DNA from: Wallemia ichthyophaga EXF-994
Taxonomy: Eukaryota; Fungi; Basidiomycota
Length of the DNA: 62,000 bases
Reading direction: 5' to 3'
NCBI RefSeq assembly: GCF_000400465.1
Contig: NW_008806274.1
Span: 510,244 to 572,243 of the forward strand
Shown: positions 1 to 11,244 of the stretch, one piece after another
How the letters are laid out: each line of letters opens with the position of its first letter
How positions within the stretch are numbered: the stretch's first letter is position 1
Notes under the pieces: generated by a model
Told to the model about the DNA's origin: nothing
Databases searched by the model: none
Seen by the model: the letters and a program-made list of their open reading frames with translations, nothing else
Translations under genes and position numbers: made by a program

Positions 1-762
1 TTGTGGTGGTGGCGATGCTGCCACTCATATTACCATTGTTATTGCCGCTGCTGCTGCTCGTTGGCTGTCTCTCGCCTGGGGCTGACAGCCTTGGAGCTCG
101 TTTGGCAGGTGGTCTCGTAGGAGTTGCGAGAGATTGCGTGGCTGGCTTCGTTGGGTACTTTTTAGGCGGTGGAGAGGCATTTGAGAAAAAGGTCAATTCA
201 AGACGCACTTCGCCGCGATATTTGCCGCCGTCTTTCGAATCGAGAGTGAGGGGAACCCATACTGAAGAGTCTTAGCGCGTAGATAAGATAAGAATAGTGT
301 AACACCCACAGTCATCCTCGCCTTTGGTAAGTGAACGCGTGAGATCGACGAAAGCCTCACCGACCTTGGTCGGATCCCTGCTATCATCAGCCCAGCATAC
401 GACAGACATACTCTTGGTAGAAGCCGTTGACGCGCTGGAAGACCTTCTACCCATCGAATCCTCGAGTTCAGACATGATGGGAAAGCGCAACTCAGCATCC
501 CATTCAGGCGCTTGGCCACCGCGGTTGATCGTCTGTGTACGCTTGGTAGGAACGGGTGAAGAGGGAATTCTTAGTGTAACGTATGGAGATTGCTTGCCTA
601 TACGCTGCTTGTCAACCAGATTGCGCTGACCAAATGCGTCAAAATAGGAAAACAAGGCGGAAAACCGAACAAGAGACTCACGGCACGATCAACGACGATG
701 ACGAGAGTACCAATCTCATTTCCAGCCTCAAATTGCTTGGGAGGTGGGCGAGGTGGAGACAT
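1..762 (-). CDS. C2-domain + proline-rich cytokinesis protein (Inn1/Fic1-like), 3'-partial, spliced
   Basis: Reconstructed exons MSPPRPPPKQFEAGNEIGTLVIVVDRA | RNLVDKQRIGKQSPYV...APEWDAELRF...GEAFVDL | ...KYRGEVRLELTFFSNASPPPKK give an N-terminal C2 domain followed by a PxxP-rich tail; GT-AG introns; runs off the window edge. Confidence 0.75.
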
Positions 763-796
763 GTACGATGTTGGTTGTTAAGAAGGAACGGCGAAG

Positions 797-2137
797 ATGG
801 TCAGAGCAATTGCGTCAATATTGGATACAGATTTGTATAAGGTGAGTTTGTGTGTGTTTACGTGGTTATATTATAATTTATATTTAAACAGCTCACAATG
901 CAACAAGCTGTCCTTGAGCATTTCCCCAATGTAGACGTTAGCTATCGATTCACAAATCGCAGTATGCAAATGCGTTTTAATAAACAAGCTTACGATTCTA
1001 TTATGGATGGATTACAATGTGCGTAAGATACGTAACAGCCACACAGCAGCCACTCAACTCACTCCACTCCAAGTCCTTACCCAACTCACCCTACAGCCCC
1101 ATGAATACTCCTATTTACTATCTGATAAGGCCCCCATGTTCAAATCCAGCTATGTCGATTACCTCTCCAACTACCGCTTCAAGCCACACGAGCAACTTGA
1201 CGTACGTCTCGTAAATACAGACAATAACGGCTTTGGTGACCTGGAAATTGATATACGTGGTAAATGGGTGGAGACCATCCTCTATGAGGTACCACTGATG
1301 TCAATTGTCTCCGAGTCTTACTTTGCTTACGTAGACACTGATTGGTCTTATGATGGCCAAGAATCTATCGCCAAAGAAAAAATGAAATCTATGGCTCAGA
1401 ATGGTATTATTCTCGCAGAATTCGGTAGCAGACGTAGAAGATCGTTTCAGGGACATGATATCGTTATACGCGCGCTTAAAGAGGAGAGTGATCGTTTGCA
1501 GAATACAGGCGCATCTGGTAAACTCGGTGGAACGAGTAACGTTTTTTTCGCTCTCAAGTACGATCTCCCTCCTATTGGTACTGTAGCCCATGAATGGACT
1601 ATGGGTATCGGTGCTATCACCGGATATAAGAATGCTAACTACACGGCATTGGATTTATGGGAAAAAACTTTCGGTGACAAACTACTCATCGCTCTCACTG
1701 ATACTTTCACCACTGAAGCTTTCTGGAGGGAATTATTGGACCATCCTCAGAAAGCTAGCAAATGGATTGGGATTAGACAGGACTCAGGTGATCCCGTCAA
1801 ATTCTGCAAGGATGCTAATGCTGTTTATCAGCAGTTGGGTATAGATACTCACACCAAAACTATCGTCTTTAGCGATGGACTGGATAGTGATTTGTGTATC
1901 AAGCTCAAGCAGGTAACAGACGAGCACGGCTTCAAATCTAGTTTTGGTGTTGGTACTTACCTCACAAACGACTACCGCAAAGCATCAAATGTTAGTGAAA
2001 AGAGCAAACCTCTGAATATCGTCATCAAGATAGCCTCAGTGGGAGATACACCGACAATCAAACTGAGCGATGACCTATCCAAGATTACTGGGAATAACAG
2101 TACAGTAAAGACAGTTAGAGATGAATTGCATGTTTAA
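797..2137 (+). CDS. NPT1: nicotinate phosphoribosyltransferase
   Basis: Exon 1 MVRAIASILDTDLYK, intron, LTMQQAVL; motifs AEFGSRRRRS, GTVAHEW (phospho-His), LTDTF, GIRQDSGDP, VFSDGL, FGVGTYLTND, IKLSDD. Confidence 0.95.
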
Positions 2138-2192
2138 TTTTGTTTTTAATATTTTTATATTCTTGCATTTTGCATCTTAAACTCAATCCACG

Positions 2193-2971
2193 ATGATCAC
2201 AAACATCGGAAGACAGATACTTAGAGGAGCAACGAAGAATCTGAGAGTAGCTTCACGCGCTCCAATTGCAAGTCGTGCATTCACAGTAACCCCAATGCGC
2301 TTTGGAGCTGGGAGTAGTGGGTAAAGAACTGCAATCTATGGACCACCGACTGACATGACACAGCCGATGGTACACTCACAGCTCAGCTATCCAACGAGAT
2401 TAAATTCGAAACTGAAAGCGCCAGCCCAGAGGAACCTGAATGGGTTAGAGTTTTCAATGAGGAGAAGATCTGGTCGATTGAGGATAAAGCTGGCTCAGAT
2501 GAGATAGTGCTTAGCAGGCAATTCGGAAATGAGTTTATCAGGGTACTTTTCTCCATTTCAGACCTTGAGCAGGATGAATCTGCAGCTGGACAAGCAGAGG
2601 AGCCCGTCGATGAAGTACCTGCATATAGCGTGAGGATGTCAGTCAGCGTTACTAAACCAAATAGCGGTGCTTTGACCGTTGATTGCGTATCGCAGAATGA
2701 ATCAATTCTTATCGATAATATATCCTTCTACAAAGATTCAAAACTGGCTACACAGCTCACTGCAGACGCAGATTGGGAGAGAAGGGGATTATACATTGGA
2801 CCAGTATTTGAGCACCTCGATTTAGACGTACAAGGTGAATTCCAAAACTATCTCGCTGAAAGAGGTATCGATGAGCGTCTGGCTACGTTCGTCCCTGAGT
2901 ATGCCGTGTACAAGGAGCAAAAGGAGTATGTCAAATGGCTCGACAACGTCAAGAGCTTCATTGAGGCATGA
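2193..2971 (+). CDS. MAM33: mitochondrial acidic matrix protein (MAM33/C1QBP family)
   Basis: Arg-rich presequence MITNIGRQILRG..., one intron, C-terminal YIGPVFEHLDLDVQGEFQNYLAERGIDERLATFVPEYAVYKEQKEYVKWLDNVKSFI. Confidence 0.9.
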
Positions 2972-3056
2972 GGAATTAAAAAAGTTTTGTAAAAATTTAA
3001 GCTCGAATTAGCCACAACGGTGTTTGAATAGAAACCACCAATTGGATCAGCTGAAA

Positions 3057-5104
3057 ATGTCAGAGAAATTAACGAGAATTGCACTGGTCAATAACGACAA
3101 GTGTAAACCAAAGTGCGTTTAATGGCTGCTCTGTGTTGCATCATCTCACAGCTTACAGGAAATGTCGTCAAGTGGGTAATCCCAACCAAGAAGACACAAA
3201 TCTAACGAATAAACAAAGGAATGCAAAAGAGCTTGTCCTGTTGTTAAAATGGGTAAGATAGCTTTGTTATCGTATCCCAATCCAGCTCACGCCCATTCCA
3301 GGCAAACTTTGTATCGAAGTTGCTCCATCTGACAAGGTATTTCGATTTTGAACAAATACCTGCAACCAGCTCATGTTTCTACGTAGGTAGCGTTTATTTC
3401 GGAAACTCTCTGTATCGGTTGTGGTCTCTGCGCTAAGAAATGCCCATTCGAAGCAATCAACATTGTCAACCTTCCTACAAACCTCGAGTCCCAAGTCAGC
3501 CACAGATACACCGCCAACTCCTTTAAGCTCCACAGACTTCCCACTCCAAGAGCTGGTCAGGTTCTCGGTATGGTCGGTCAGAATGGTACTGGTAAATCTA
3601 CCGCTTTGAAAATTTTGGCTGGTAAGCAGAAGCCTAATCTCGGTAAATACGACGATCCTCCTGAGTGGACTGAAATCTTGAAACACTACCGTGGCTCTGA
3701 ATTGCAAAACTACTTTTTAAAGATCCTCGAAGACAACCTCAAAGCCATCATCAAGCCTCAATACGTCGATCACATACCTAGAGCCATTAAAGTTCCAATC
3801 ACGGTTGAGAAAATGTTGGATAGTAAGATGGAAATGGGCAACAAGGACCTCATCATGGATCTTCTGCAATTGAGGGTTATCAAGGACCGTGAAATCAACC
3901 AACTCTCCGGTGGTGAGCTCCAGCGATTCGCTATCGCTATGTCATGCGCTCAGAAGGCAGATGTGTATATGTTTGATGAACCATCCTCATATTTGGATAT
4001 CAAACAGCGTCTCAATGCCGCAAAGGTTATCAGAAGTCTCGCGGAAGACCAGGTATACGTTATTGCAGTAGAGCACGATCTGTCTGTTTTGGATTATCTG
4101 TCTGACTTTGTTTGCTGTATGTACGGCATGCCTGCAGCTTACGGTGTCGTCACCATGCCGTTTTCGAGCAGAGAGGGTCTTAACATCTATCTCGATGGTT
4201 TCCTTCCTACTGAAAATATGAGATTCAGACAGGAGTCTCTCAACTTCAAGATCGCAGACGCGGCAGATGATCTTACACTCGATAAGACATCTTCAGTTCC
4301 ATACCCAGCCATGACCAAGACGATGGGCGGGTTCAAGCTCAATGTCAAGGCTGGTGAGTTTACAGATTCGGAGGTGATAGTGATGCTTGGAGAGAACGGT
4401 ACGGGTAAGACAACACTCGTTAGAATGTTGGCTGGTGCCACTAAGGCGGACAATGAAGCAGATCAGCCTGAGCTCAAGGTTTCTATGAAGCCACAAAAGA
4501 TAACACCAAAGTTCCAAGGTACGGTGAGAATGTTGCTGTTGAAGCAGATCAAGGGAGCATTCATGCATCCACAATTCCAGACTGATGTGGTTAGACCAAT
4601 GCAGTTGGATGCCATCATTGACCAGGATGTGCAAACATTGTCTGGTGGTGAGTTACAGAGGGTTGCTATTGTCTTGGCACTTGGTAAACCAGCGTCTGTT
4701 TACTTGCTCGATGAGCCATCATCCTTTTTGGACTCTGAACAGAGAATTAGCGCATCAAGGGTAATTAAGAGGTTCATTTTACATGCAAAGAAGACTGCGT
4801 TTATCGTTGAACACGATTTCATTATGGCTACGTACCTGTCCGATAGAGTTATAGTGTTTGATGGTGAACCGGCAGTCGAAGCAACTGCAAACGCCCCACA
4901 GAGTTTGCTCACTGGGATGAACAAATTCTTGGAGTCGCTCCAGGTTACGTTCAGAAGAGACACGACCAACTATAGACCTAGGGTGAACAAGACTGATTCA
5001 CTCAAAGATAAAGAGCAGAAGTGTGAGTCGGCGGCGGCTTTGTGTGACAAATATACTAACGGTAAAACACAGCGACTGGAAACTTTTTCTTTGTTGGTGA
5101 TTAG
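3057..5104 (+). CDS. RLI1: ABCE1/RLI1 ribosome recycling ATPase with Fe-S domain
   Basis: Spliced N-terminus [19 protein letters not shown]|KCRQ|ECKKSCPVVKMG|KLCIEV...[13 protein letters not shown]; two ABC domains ([16 protein letters not shown]; [15 protein letters not shown]); last exon [10 protein letters not shown]. Confidence 0.97.
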
Positions 5105-5233
5105 ACCGTGTACACATAATATTATTGCATTTCTCCATTCCGTGTTCAAGATTAAGAAAAAAAAAAGAAATACATAGTAGACATGTACATAAAGGGGAAT
5201 GTTCGCTTGAGCTCGTTTAGTTTGTTAGTTTGG

Positions 5234-5750
5234 TTAATTCTTATCAGATTGCGTCTTGGCAATGGGGACGACTATGATGATGATGATTACGATGACGACG
5301 ATTGCTAGGATGATCTTCATACGCGTGTCTTTCCACCACATAGCCTTCCTTACACGATGAGCGCCTTTCCTAAAACCTTGAGCGGAGACAGCGAGATCGT
5401 CTGTCTTGTCCTGGAGCTGGTCGAGTCTCTCACCACGTTCAGAGACCTGTAAAAGAGTGTAAATGGTTATAAGCAAGGATAGAATCTACATCAACGGCTG
5501 TCAACGGACCTTTGTGATATTTTCTCTCATGATGCCAACCGTGTCATCGATCTGGGCTTGTATGGCAGCTGTCTTTGGCTGCAGAGTGGGAGTGAGCTGG
5601 GTGTAAAACAACGGTGGATTAAACAGACGTTTCCAGCACCGCCATTGGCAGCGTTCGCACCGCTGTTTTCTGGACCTGGGTATGGATCGTATGGGGCAGA
5701 CCTGGGCGGTGTAAATATTTAATATTCCTTCCAACCACTCATGCTCACAT
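5234..5750 (-). CDS. SNC1: synaptobrevin/VAMP v-SNARE
   Basis: MSAPYDPY..., [23 protein letters not shown]|[39 protein letters not shown] plus C-terminal TM helix; three introns. Confidence 0.93.
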
Positions 5751-5775
5751 CGTCGTATAGTGAAGAGGCACAGCG

Positions 5776-6570
5776 ATGAGTGCGGCGTCGTTGAAAAAGA
5801 AATTAACGGGGAGTTTACAGAAACTAAATCTCGACGCGCGGATACAGCTCATGTCTGGCCAGCTCAACAGACTGACGGGCTACGAGCGTATCGAGAAACT
5901 CAAAGCAGTGGTTATTGATGCCGAGCAGGCGATAAAGCATTCGCGGGGAATGCTTGTTGATAGCAAGCAAGAGTATGGCAAATATACAGAGATGCGTAGA
6001 TCGTCGCAGAAGCAAGTGAATGATTTGCTGTCAAACAAATCCAGTTGGGGGGATGTAGAGCTCAATAGATTCACGCAGCTCGTCAAGAGCGATCATAGCA
6101 TTGAGAAGCTCGAGAAGGAGTACTCGGGCAAGGTGGAGGAGTACGAGCGGTTGGTTGATCGCGGCTTTGAGAAGCTCCTCAAGAGCATCCTCGAACGCTA
6201 CCACGAGGAGCAGATATGGTCAGATAAAATAAGATCGGTATCGAGCAACTACACTCTCATGGCTCTTTCTGTAAACGTCCTCGTCTTCCTCACCGCTATC
6301 GTCTTTGTCGAGCCTTGGAAACGGTCCAAAATGCTCAAAGAGCTGGAAATAAACCTCGATCAAGACCAGATCAGACTGCTGGGCGAGATTGATAGCATGC
6401 GAGATGATATACGCAGCCTTAAACCGATCCCCGCCATGTCTTCTTCCCTTGTACCTCCACCGCCATCACCCCCAACGACCGTGGATAGCGCTATTATCAC
6501 CAACAATCCCTTCGCCAGCCTCTCTCTGGGTATCGTTATTGGAATCTCCAGTTTCTATTGTTTATGTTGA
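5776..6570 (+). CDS. SHE9: mitochondrial inner membrane protein She9/Mdm33
   Basis: LNRLTGYERIEKLK, coiled coil, SQKQVNDLLSNKSSW, RYHEEQIWSDKIR, TM ending VEPWKR. Confidence 0.9.
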   Translation: MSAASLKKKLTGSLQKLNLDARIQLMSGQLNRLTGYERIEKLKAVVIDAEQAIKHSRGMLVDSKQEYGKYTEMRRSSQKQVNDLLSNKSSWGDVELNRFTQLVKSDHSIEKLEKEYSGKVEEYERLVDRGFEKLLKSILERYHEEQIWSDKIRSVSSNYTLMALSVNVLVFLTAIVFVEPWKRSKMLKELEINLDQDQIRLLGEIDSMRDDIRSLKPIPAMSSSLVPPPPSPPTTVDSAIITNNPFASLSLGIVIGISSFYCLC

Positions 6571-7595
6571 TTATACTCCCTTTTAGAATCCTTCTGCTTG
6601 TTGGGCTTGGTTTGTGTGTCTACACCGAGGCGCTGTCGAGGTACAAAGGCCTTTTCGATGTAAATCTGCGGTGTTTGTGGAATATTATCTGCGTATATCT
6701 CGCTGGTGTGGGATGCAGTTTGCTAGTTTACGAAGCCACGACTACACACGGCGACATGGACAGCAAGGCGTTTATACCCGCGCTGACTTATATAGTCATC
6801 GCTCTCACTCTCTTCTACCCTTTCGATGCCTTCTACAAGCAGCAGAGGAGCCAATTTCTCAGCACACTCACCCAGATCATCTACTCACCCGTCACCAAGG
6901 CTATTACATTCAACCAGGTGTTTTTAGCAGATATACTCACCTCGTATGCAAAAGTTTTCGGTGACTTCTACTCTTCAATCATTCAATGTCTTGATCCGGA
7001 GAGTTCTTTCGCAATAACGCCCCAGTCGGCCAACTACATGGCTCCGCTGTTCACAACTATTCCCTACCTGCTCAGACTGAGGCAGTGTGTAGTGGAGTAC
7101 ATAGCCAGTGACTACCAGCAGAAGCGTTCGCTAGCCAACGCCCTCAAGTACGCATCCGCTCTTCCCGTGATTGCCTTCTCGGCGATCCACAAGCACAACA
7201 AGAGCGTGTATCCGTGGTGGTTGATTAGTGTAGTCGTCAATTCCCTCTACTCGTTCTGGTGGGATGTTCGCAATGACTGGGGGCTGAATTTCTTGGATCG
7301 CGATGTGTGGTTGGATGACGGTGTCGAGAAAACTCCCCTCCGCCAAACTCTCCTATACAGACAACCGGGCAAATACTACGCTGCTATCCTCGCCGACTTT
7401 TTCCTGCGCTTCACTTGGTCTCTTAAGCTGTCCTCCCATTTACACGCTTACGTCCAACTCGAGTCGGGCGTGTTTGCATTCGAAATACTCGAAATCCTTC
7501 GCAGATATCTGTGGTGTCTGTTTAGGCTCGAATGGGAAGTCATCAAGACGGAGGAATATCCTAGTATACCCATACACCAGTACACAACGGAGTAG
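6564..7595 (+). CDS. ERD1: EXS-domain membrane protein (Erd1-like)
   Basis: VFLADILTSYAKVFGD, PYLLRLRQC, LANALKY, SLYSFWWDVRNDWGL, LRFTWSLKLS, LEILRRYLWCLFRLEWE; start codon uncertain. Confidence 0.85.
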   Translation: MLIILPFRILLLVGLGLCVYTEALSRYKGLFDVNLRCLWNIICVYLAGVGCSLLVYEATTTHGDMDSKAFIPALTYIVIALTLFYPFDAFYKQQRSQFLSTLTQIIYSPVTKAITFNQVFLADILTSYAKVFGDFYSSIIQCLDPESSFAITPQSANYMAPLFTTIPYLLRLRQCVVEYIASDYQQKRSLANALKYASALPVIAFSAIHKHNKSVYPWWLISVVVNSLYSFWWDVRNDWGLNFLDRDVWLDDGVEKTPLRQTLLYRQPGKYYAAILADFFLRFTWSLKLSSHLHAYVQLESGVFAFEILEILRRYLWCLFRLEWEVIKTEEYPSIPIHQYTTE

Positions 7596-7669
7596 AAAAG
7601 GTGTTATAAAGTGTGTTAATATGGTAGTGTGGTAATATGGTAAATGAATAAAATACAAATGCAAATAAT

Positions 7670-8446
7670 CTAATTACTCTGGCTAATATGGCGACTGTCC
7701 TCGCTACTCGTCTGGTAATGCTCCATCACCCTCTTAAGAGCTTCGGGGTTGTCTTTGAACTCGGCCCTCCTGACCTCGTACATGTAGCGTGTATCTTCTA
7801 TCTTCTTGAGGCTATTTTCGAGTGTCTTGAGTTTCTGCTGGAGGGTGTGGAAATGGTGTGTGTTATCCTGTAGCACTAGTTTCACACTCGTGATCAGCTC
7901 GACGATCCTCTCGATCAGCGTGAGGTCTGCCATGCCGAGGAGTTGTATCGCCATACGCATCAATTCGCCTGTGAGATCACCCAGCCCAGCGAGGTATTCA
8001 AGTGGGCGTACCGGGACGATGGGTTGGTTATCAATCGACAGCATAAGTTGAATTTTATCCACGGTAATAAGCGTATCGCTCTCGAGGAACTCCAGAAATG
8101 ATATCGCCTCTATATACTCTTCCAAACCTGCGAAAGCGAATTTGGAGAAGGAGTGGCGGATATTTGATCGCTGAATGGGGTCTGAATGGGTGAACTCTAC
8201 GGCTACTCTCTCCACCCAGATTTTGTGTATCTGCGTGAGCTGTGTATTGCGGATACTAGACAGCTGGTTGAATTGCTCGATCCGCGGTTGTTTGTACACG
8301 CGGTGTAAGGAGAAGATCATTCTCTTGCTCAGGGCTGTAATGTCCCGCGATGCTTTTATGACGCGCTCACGCTTATCTTGGTCTTGGTCTACCGTGTGCT
8401 TTATAGACTCGAATTCGCCGTTGATTCGTTGTGAGCGTGTGGACAT
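7670..8446 (-). CDS. TSNAX: translin-associated factor X (C3PO subunit)
   Basis: RERVIKASRDITALSKRMIFSLHR, GLEEYIEAISF, YLAGLGDLTGELMR (acidic catalytic residues retained). Confidence 0.88.
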   Translation of the reverse strand: MSTRSQRINGEFESIKHTVDQDQDKRERVIKASRDITALSKRMIFSLHRVYKQPRIEQFNQLSSIRNTQLTQIHKIWVERVAVEFTHSDPIQRSNIRHSFSKFAFAGLEEYIEAISFLEFLESDTLITVDKIQLMLSIDNQPIVPVRPLEYLAGLGDLTGELMRMAIQLLGMADLTLIERIVELITSVKLVLQDNTHHFHTLQQKLKTLENSLKKIEDTRYMYEVRRAEFKDNPEALKRVMEHYQTSSEDSRHISQSN

Positions 8447-8557
8447 GGCTGTGGGTGGGGAAGGATATCTATTATGAGCAGTGTGTATCAATCCAATTGC
8501 AACAGAACAATTACAATATTCTTCTCCTCCTCCTTCCTTTCTCTTGTACCACCAGAA

Positions 8558-9588
8558 ATGCCTTTCAATTTGGCGCACAACACGCACATAGAGACACTGC
8601 AGCCAGCGGACAGAGAAGAAGTCAATGACGCAGACGCTGATATAGAAATGGACGACGATGATTCTTTCCCGCGTTCCAAACTCACTTCTCCGGGCGATGT
8701 GATTGCGTCGTCGTCGGCATACATGCAGTGGGTGTTGAGTGGCAGCAGTGCGTACACCCGCTCACAACCCGCAGCGGACACGGCACATATGTTCACAACG
8801 ATAACATCGTTTCCAACATGTTCGGCACAGTAGAGCGTGTCAACAAACTCGTTTCTGTACGTCCACTAAAACACAAGTATATTCCTCAAGTCGGTGATCT
8901 CGTTATTGGCCGTATCGTTGAAGTTCAAGCTAAGCGTTGGAAAGTTGACATCCACTCCTCCTCAGATGCTGTCCTTATGCTCTCCTCTATCAACTTGCCT
9001 GGTGGTGTACAGAGACGTAAATTGGAATCGGATGAGTTGCAAATGCGCAATTTCTTCACTGAGGGTGACTTGTGCGTCGCTGAAGTTCAGTCCTTCTTTC
9101 ATGATGGAAGCGTTTCGTTGCACACGCGTAGTTTGAAATACGGTAAACTGCGTAATGGAACTCTAGCTACTGTCCCGCCAAATCTCATGAGACGGCTCAA
9201 ATCTCATTTCTACACACTACCTGTCAATGTTGACCTTATTATTGGCTTGAATGGCTCTATCTGGGTGAGCATGCACGACGACGTCAGTCAGGACCTCAAC
9301 CTCAACGATGATAATCAGGGTTTCGATAGTGAGGGCGTGTATAATGACACCAACGACTCTATCGACTCTCAGACTCGCGAATCTATCAATCGCACTGCTA
9401 TCGTTATAGACATACTCGCTAGCCATAGAGTTCCCCTTACTGACACACTCATTGCTACTGCTTATGATGTGGCTCTCGATCTAGAGCAAGATAATGGTAT
9501 TAGGTTTCTCTCCAGTAATGAGGATGTTCAGGATGAATTGGTACACTGCGCACTCCAAGTCGAGGAGAGTGCTATGGATAATGCATAA
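8558..9588 (+). CDS. RRP4: exosome cap subunit Rrp4
   Basis: GHGTY, YIPQVGDLVIGRI, LSSINLPGGVQRRK, LHTRSLKYGKLRNG, IIGLNGSIW; one intron near 8728-8771. Confidence 0.95.
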
Positions 9589-9614
9589 TTTATTATATCT
9601 ACATATCTACATAT

Positions 9615-11244
9615 CTATATAGCAGCGACTGCTTGGGCGACTTGATTGGGATTCGGTGTGTTGTTGGTGCTTCTGTTGGTGCTCCTCTCAACACTCTCAT
9701 TTGCACGCGCTGCCGGTGTTCTGCGAGGCCGTCTAGGAGGCATCAATCCATAGCGCGGTGTCCAAGGACCTCTGCTATCATTTGCGTAGAAATCCATCGG
9801 ATAGTCTCTCTCACCGTCGACATCTCTATCCCAACCCTGCGTCCGCTCCAGCGTCACAGCTGCTTCATAAGGCGAAAGAAGTGGTTTCGGGAAAGCGTAT
9901 CCCCAGTCTATAGATAAACGCGGACACGACGTCTGCACAAATGTCGAAAGCTCATCACCGAACAGAGATACCTTCTGCGGCGACAGCTCTGATATCAGTA
10001 TCGGCACGTACTCTATCCCACCGCGCGTTTCAATCAGATTCGCTATCGTCTCCAATACCTTCAGACTCCCCTGTCTACCTAACGTGCCGAGCACTACACC
10101 CCACGTGGCTGTGGATGCATTGTCGGCATGCTGTGCATCGCTGCCACCTTTCGCTAGTGCTACCGCATCTGATCGTATCATGCGCATCTCTGCATGGTCG
10201 TAGTGCTCCCGCGTGATCTTTTTGCTGTAGGGGTCGTACCGGAATGCAGGTACGGCCGGGTTTGCTATCATTATACTCTCGAGGTGGAAACGGCCATCGC
10301 CGATATAGAGCAGGGCGTCAACGGCGTCCAATTTAGGTGCCGTGCATCCGAGTACTTCTCCAGGAGATAGCGGACGGATTTGTGGAATGATGACTTCGTA
10401 GCTGTCCATGTGTATGTCGCTTTGTTGGGAGTCGAAGGGTGTTTGAGCACTACCGGTAGCAGTAGCAGCCTCAGTTTTACCATCTTCATAGCCCCCCTCG
10501 ATCAGTCCTGCTGGCTTGGATTGGGGTGTCTCCTGACGCAGGTCCTTGCGCAGATCGAGTGCTAATCCTTGCAACGCACCGACGAACTGTACTGTGCCCA
10601 CGAGCGCCAATTTCGTCTTTTTGGGTGGAGCATTCTCCAATTCAACACTTTGATATCTCTCTGTATCAGAATGGAGGAGAGTGTTTTCAAATTGCTGGGC
10701 GTTGGTAGGGAAGTTCTTCCTTATCGTCTTTGCCAGGTGGGTAGAATCGACACTGATTTCGACAAAGACGTAGAGCGTTTTGATGGAAGTTTGGTTAATG
10801 GGTACGAGGCAGCTGTGTCCGTAGTGTACGAGCATATCGCAGCCGAGAGCTCTGGCAGTGAAATCGTCGACGCAGCAAGCGCCGTAAGTGACATCACCGA
10901 GGATTATAACTTGAGCGCTAGTGAATCTGTGGGAAGTGTCAGTGTTGCTTTCGACGCCACCAACAAGCCACAAACTTCTCGAGGAGATCAGAGATGGTAC
11001 AAGCGAACATCTGTAAACCTTCTGGAAATTGTAGGCCAACAACAGTTGCGTTCTCTTTGCGTATCCAGTGAATAGTTTTGTGGATTTCAAATGAGTAATT
11101 ATCTGGGAGCAGTGCCATGGCAATATTCAACTGCGTATCATTTAGTATTTCATCTGGTATTCCATTCTGTGCGGCTGCTGGTTGGCTTGATGGCGCTTTC
11201 GTGCTGCCTACGAACTTCCTCCGCGGTTTCTTATCTTCGGTCAT
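9615..11244 (-). CDS. DPH1: diphthamide biosynthesis protein 1
   Basis: YSFEIHKTIH, GLQFPEGL, ILGDVTYGACCVDD, HYGHSCL, GEVLGCTAP, GDGRFHLES, CPRLSIDWG, YPMDFY; spliced. Confidence 0.93.
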
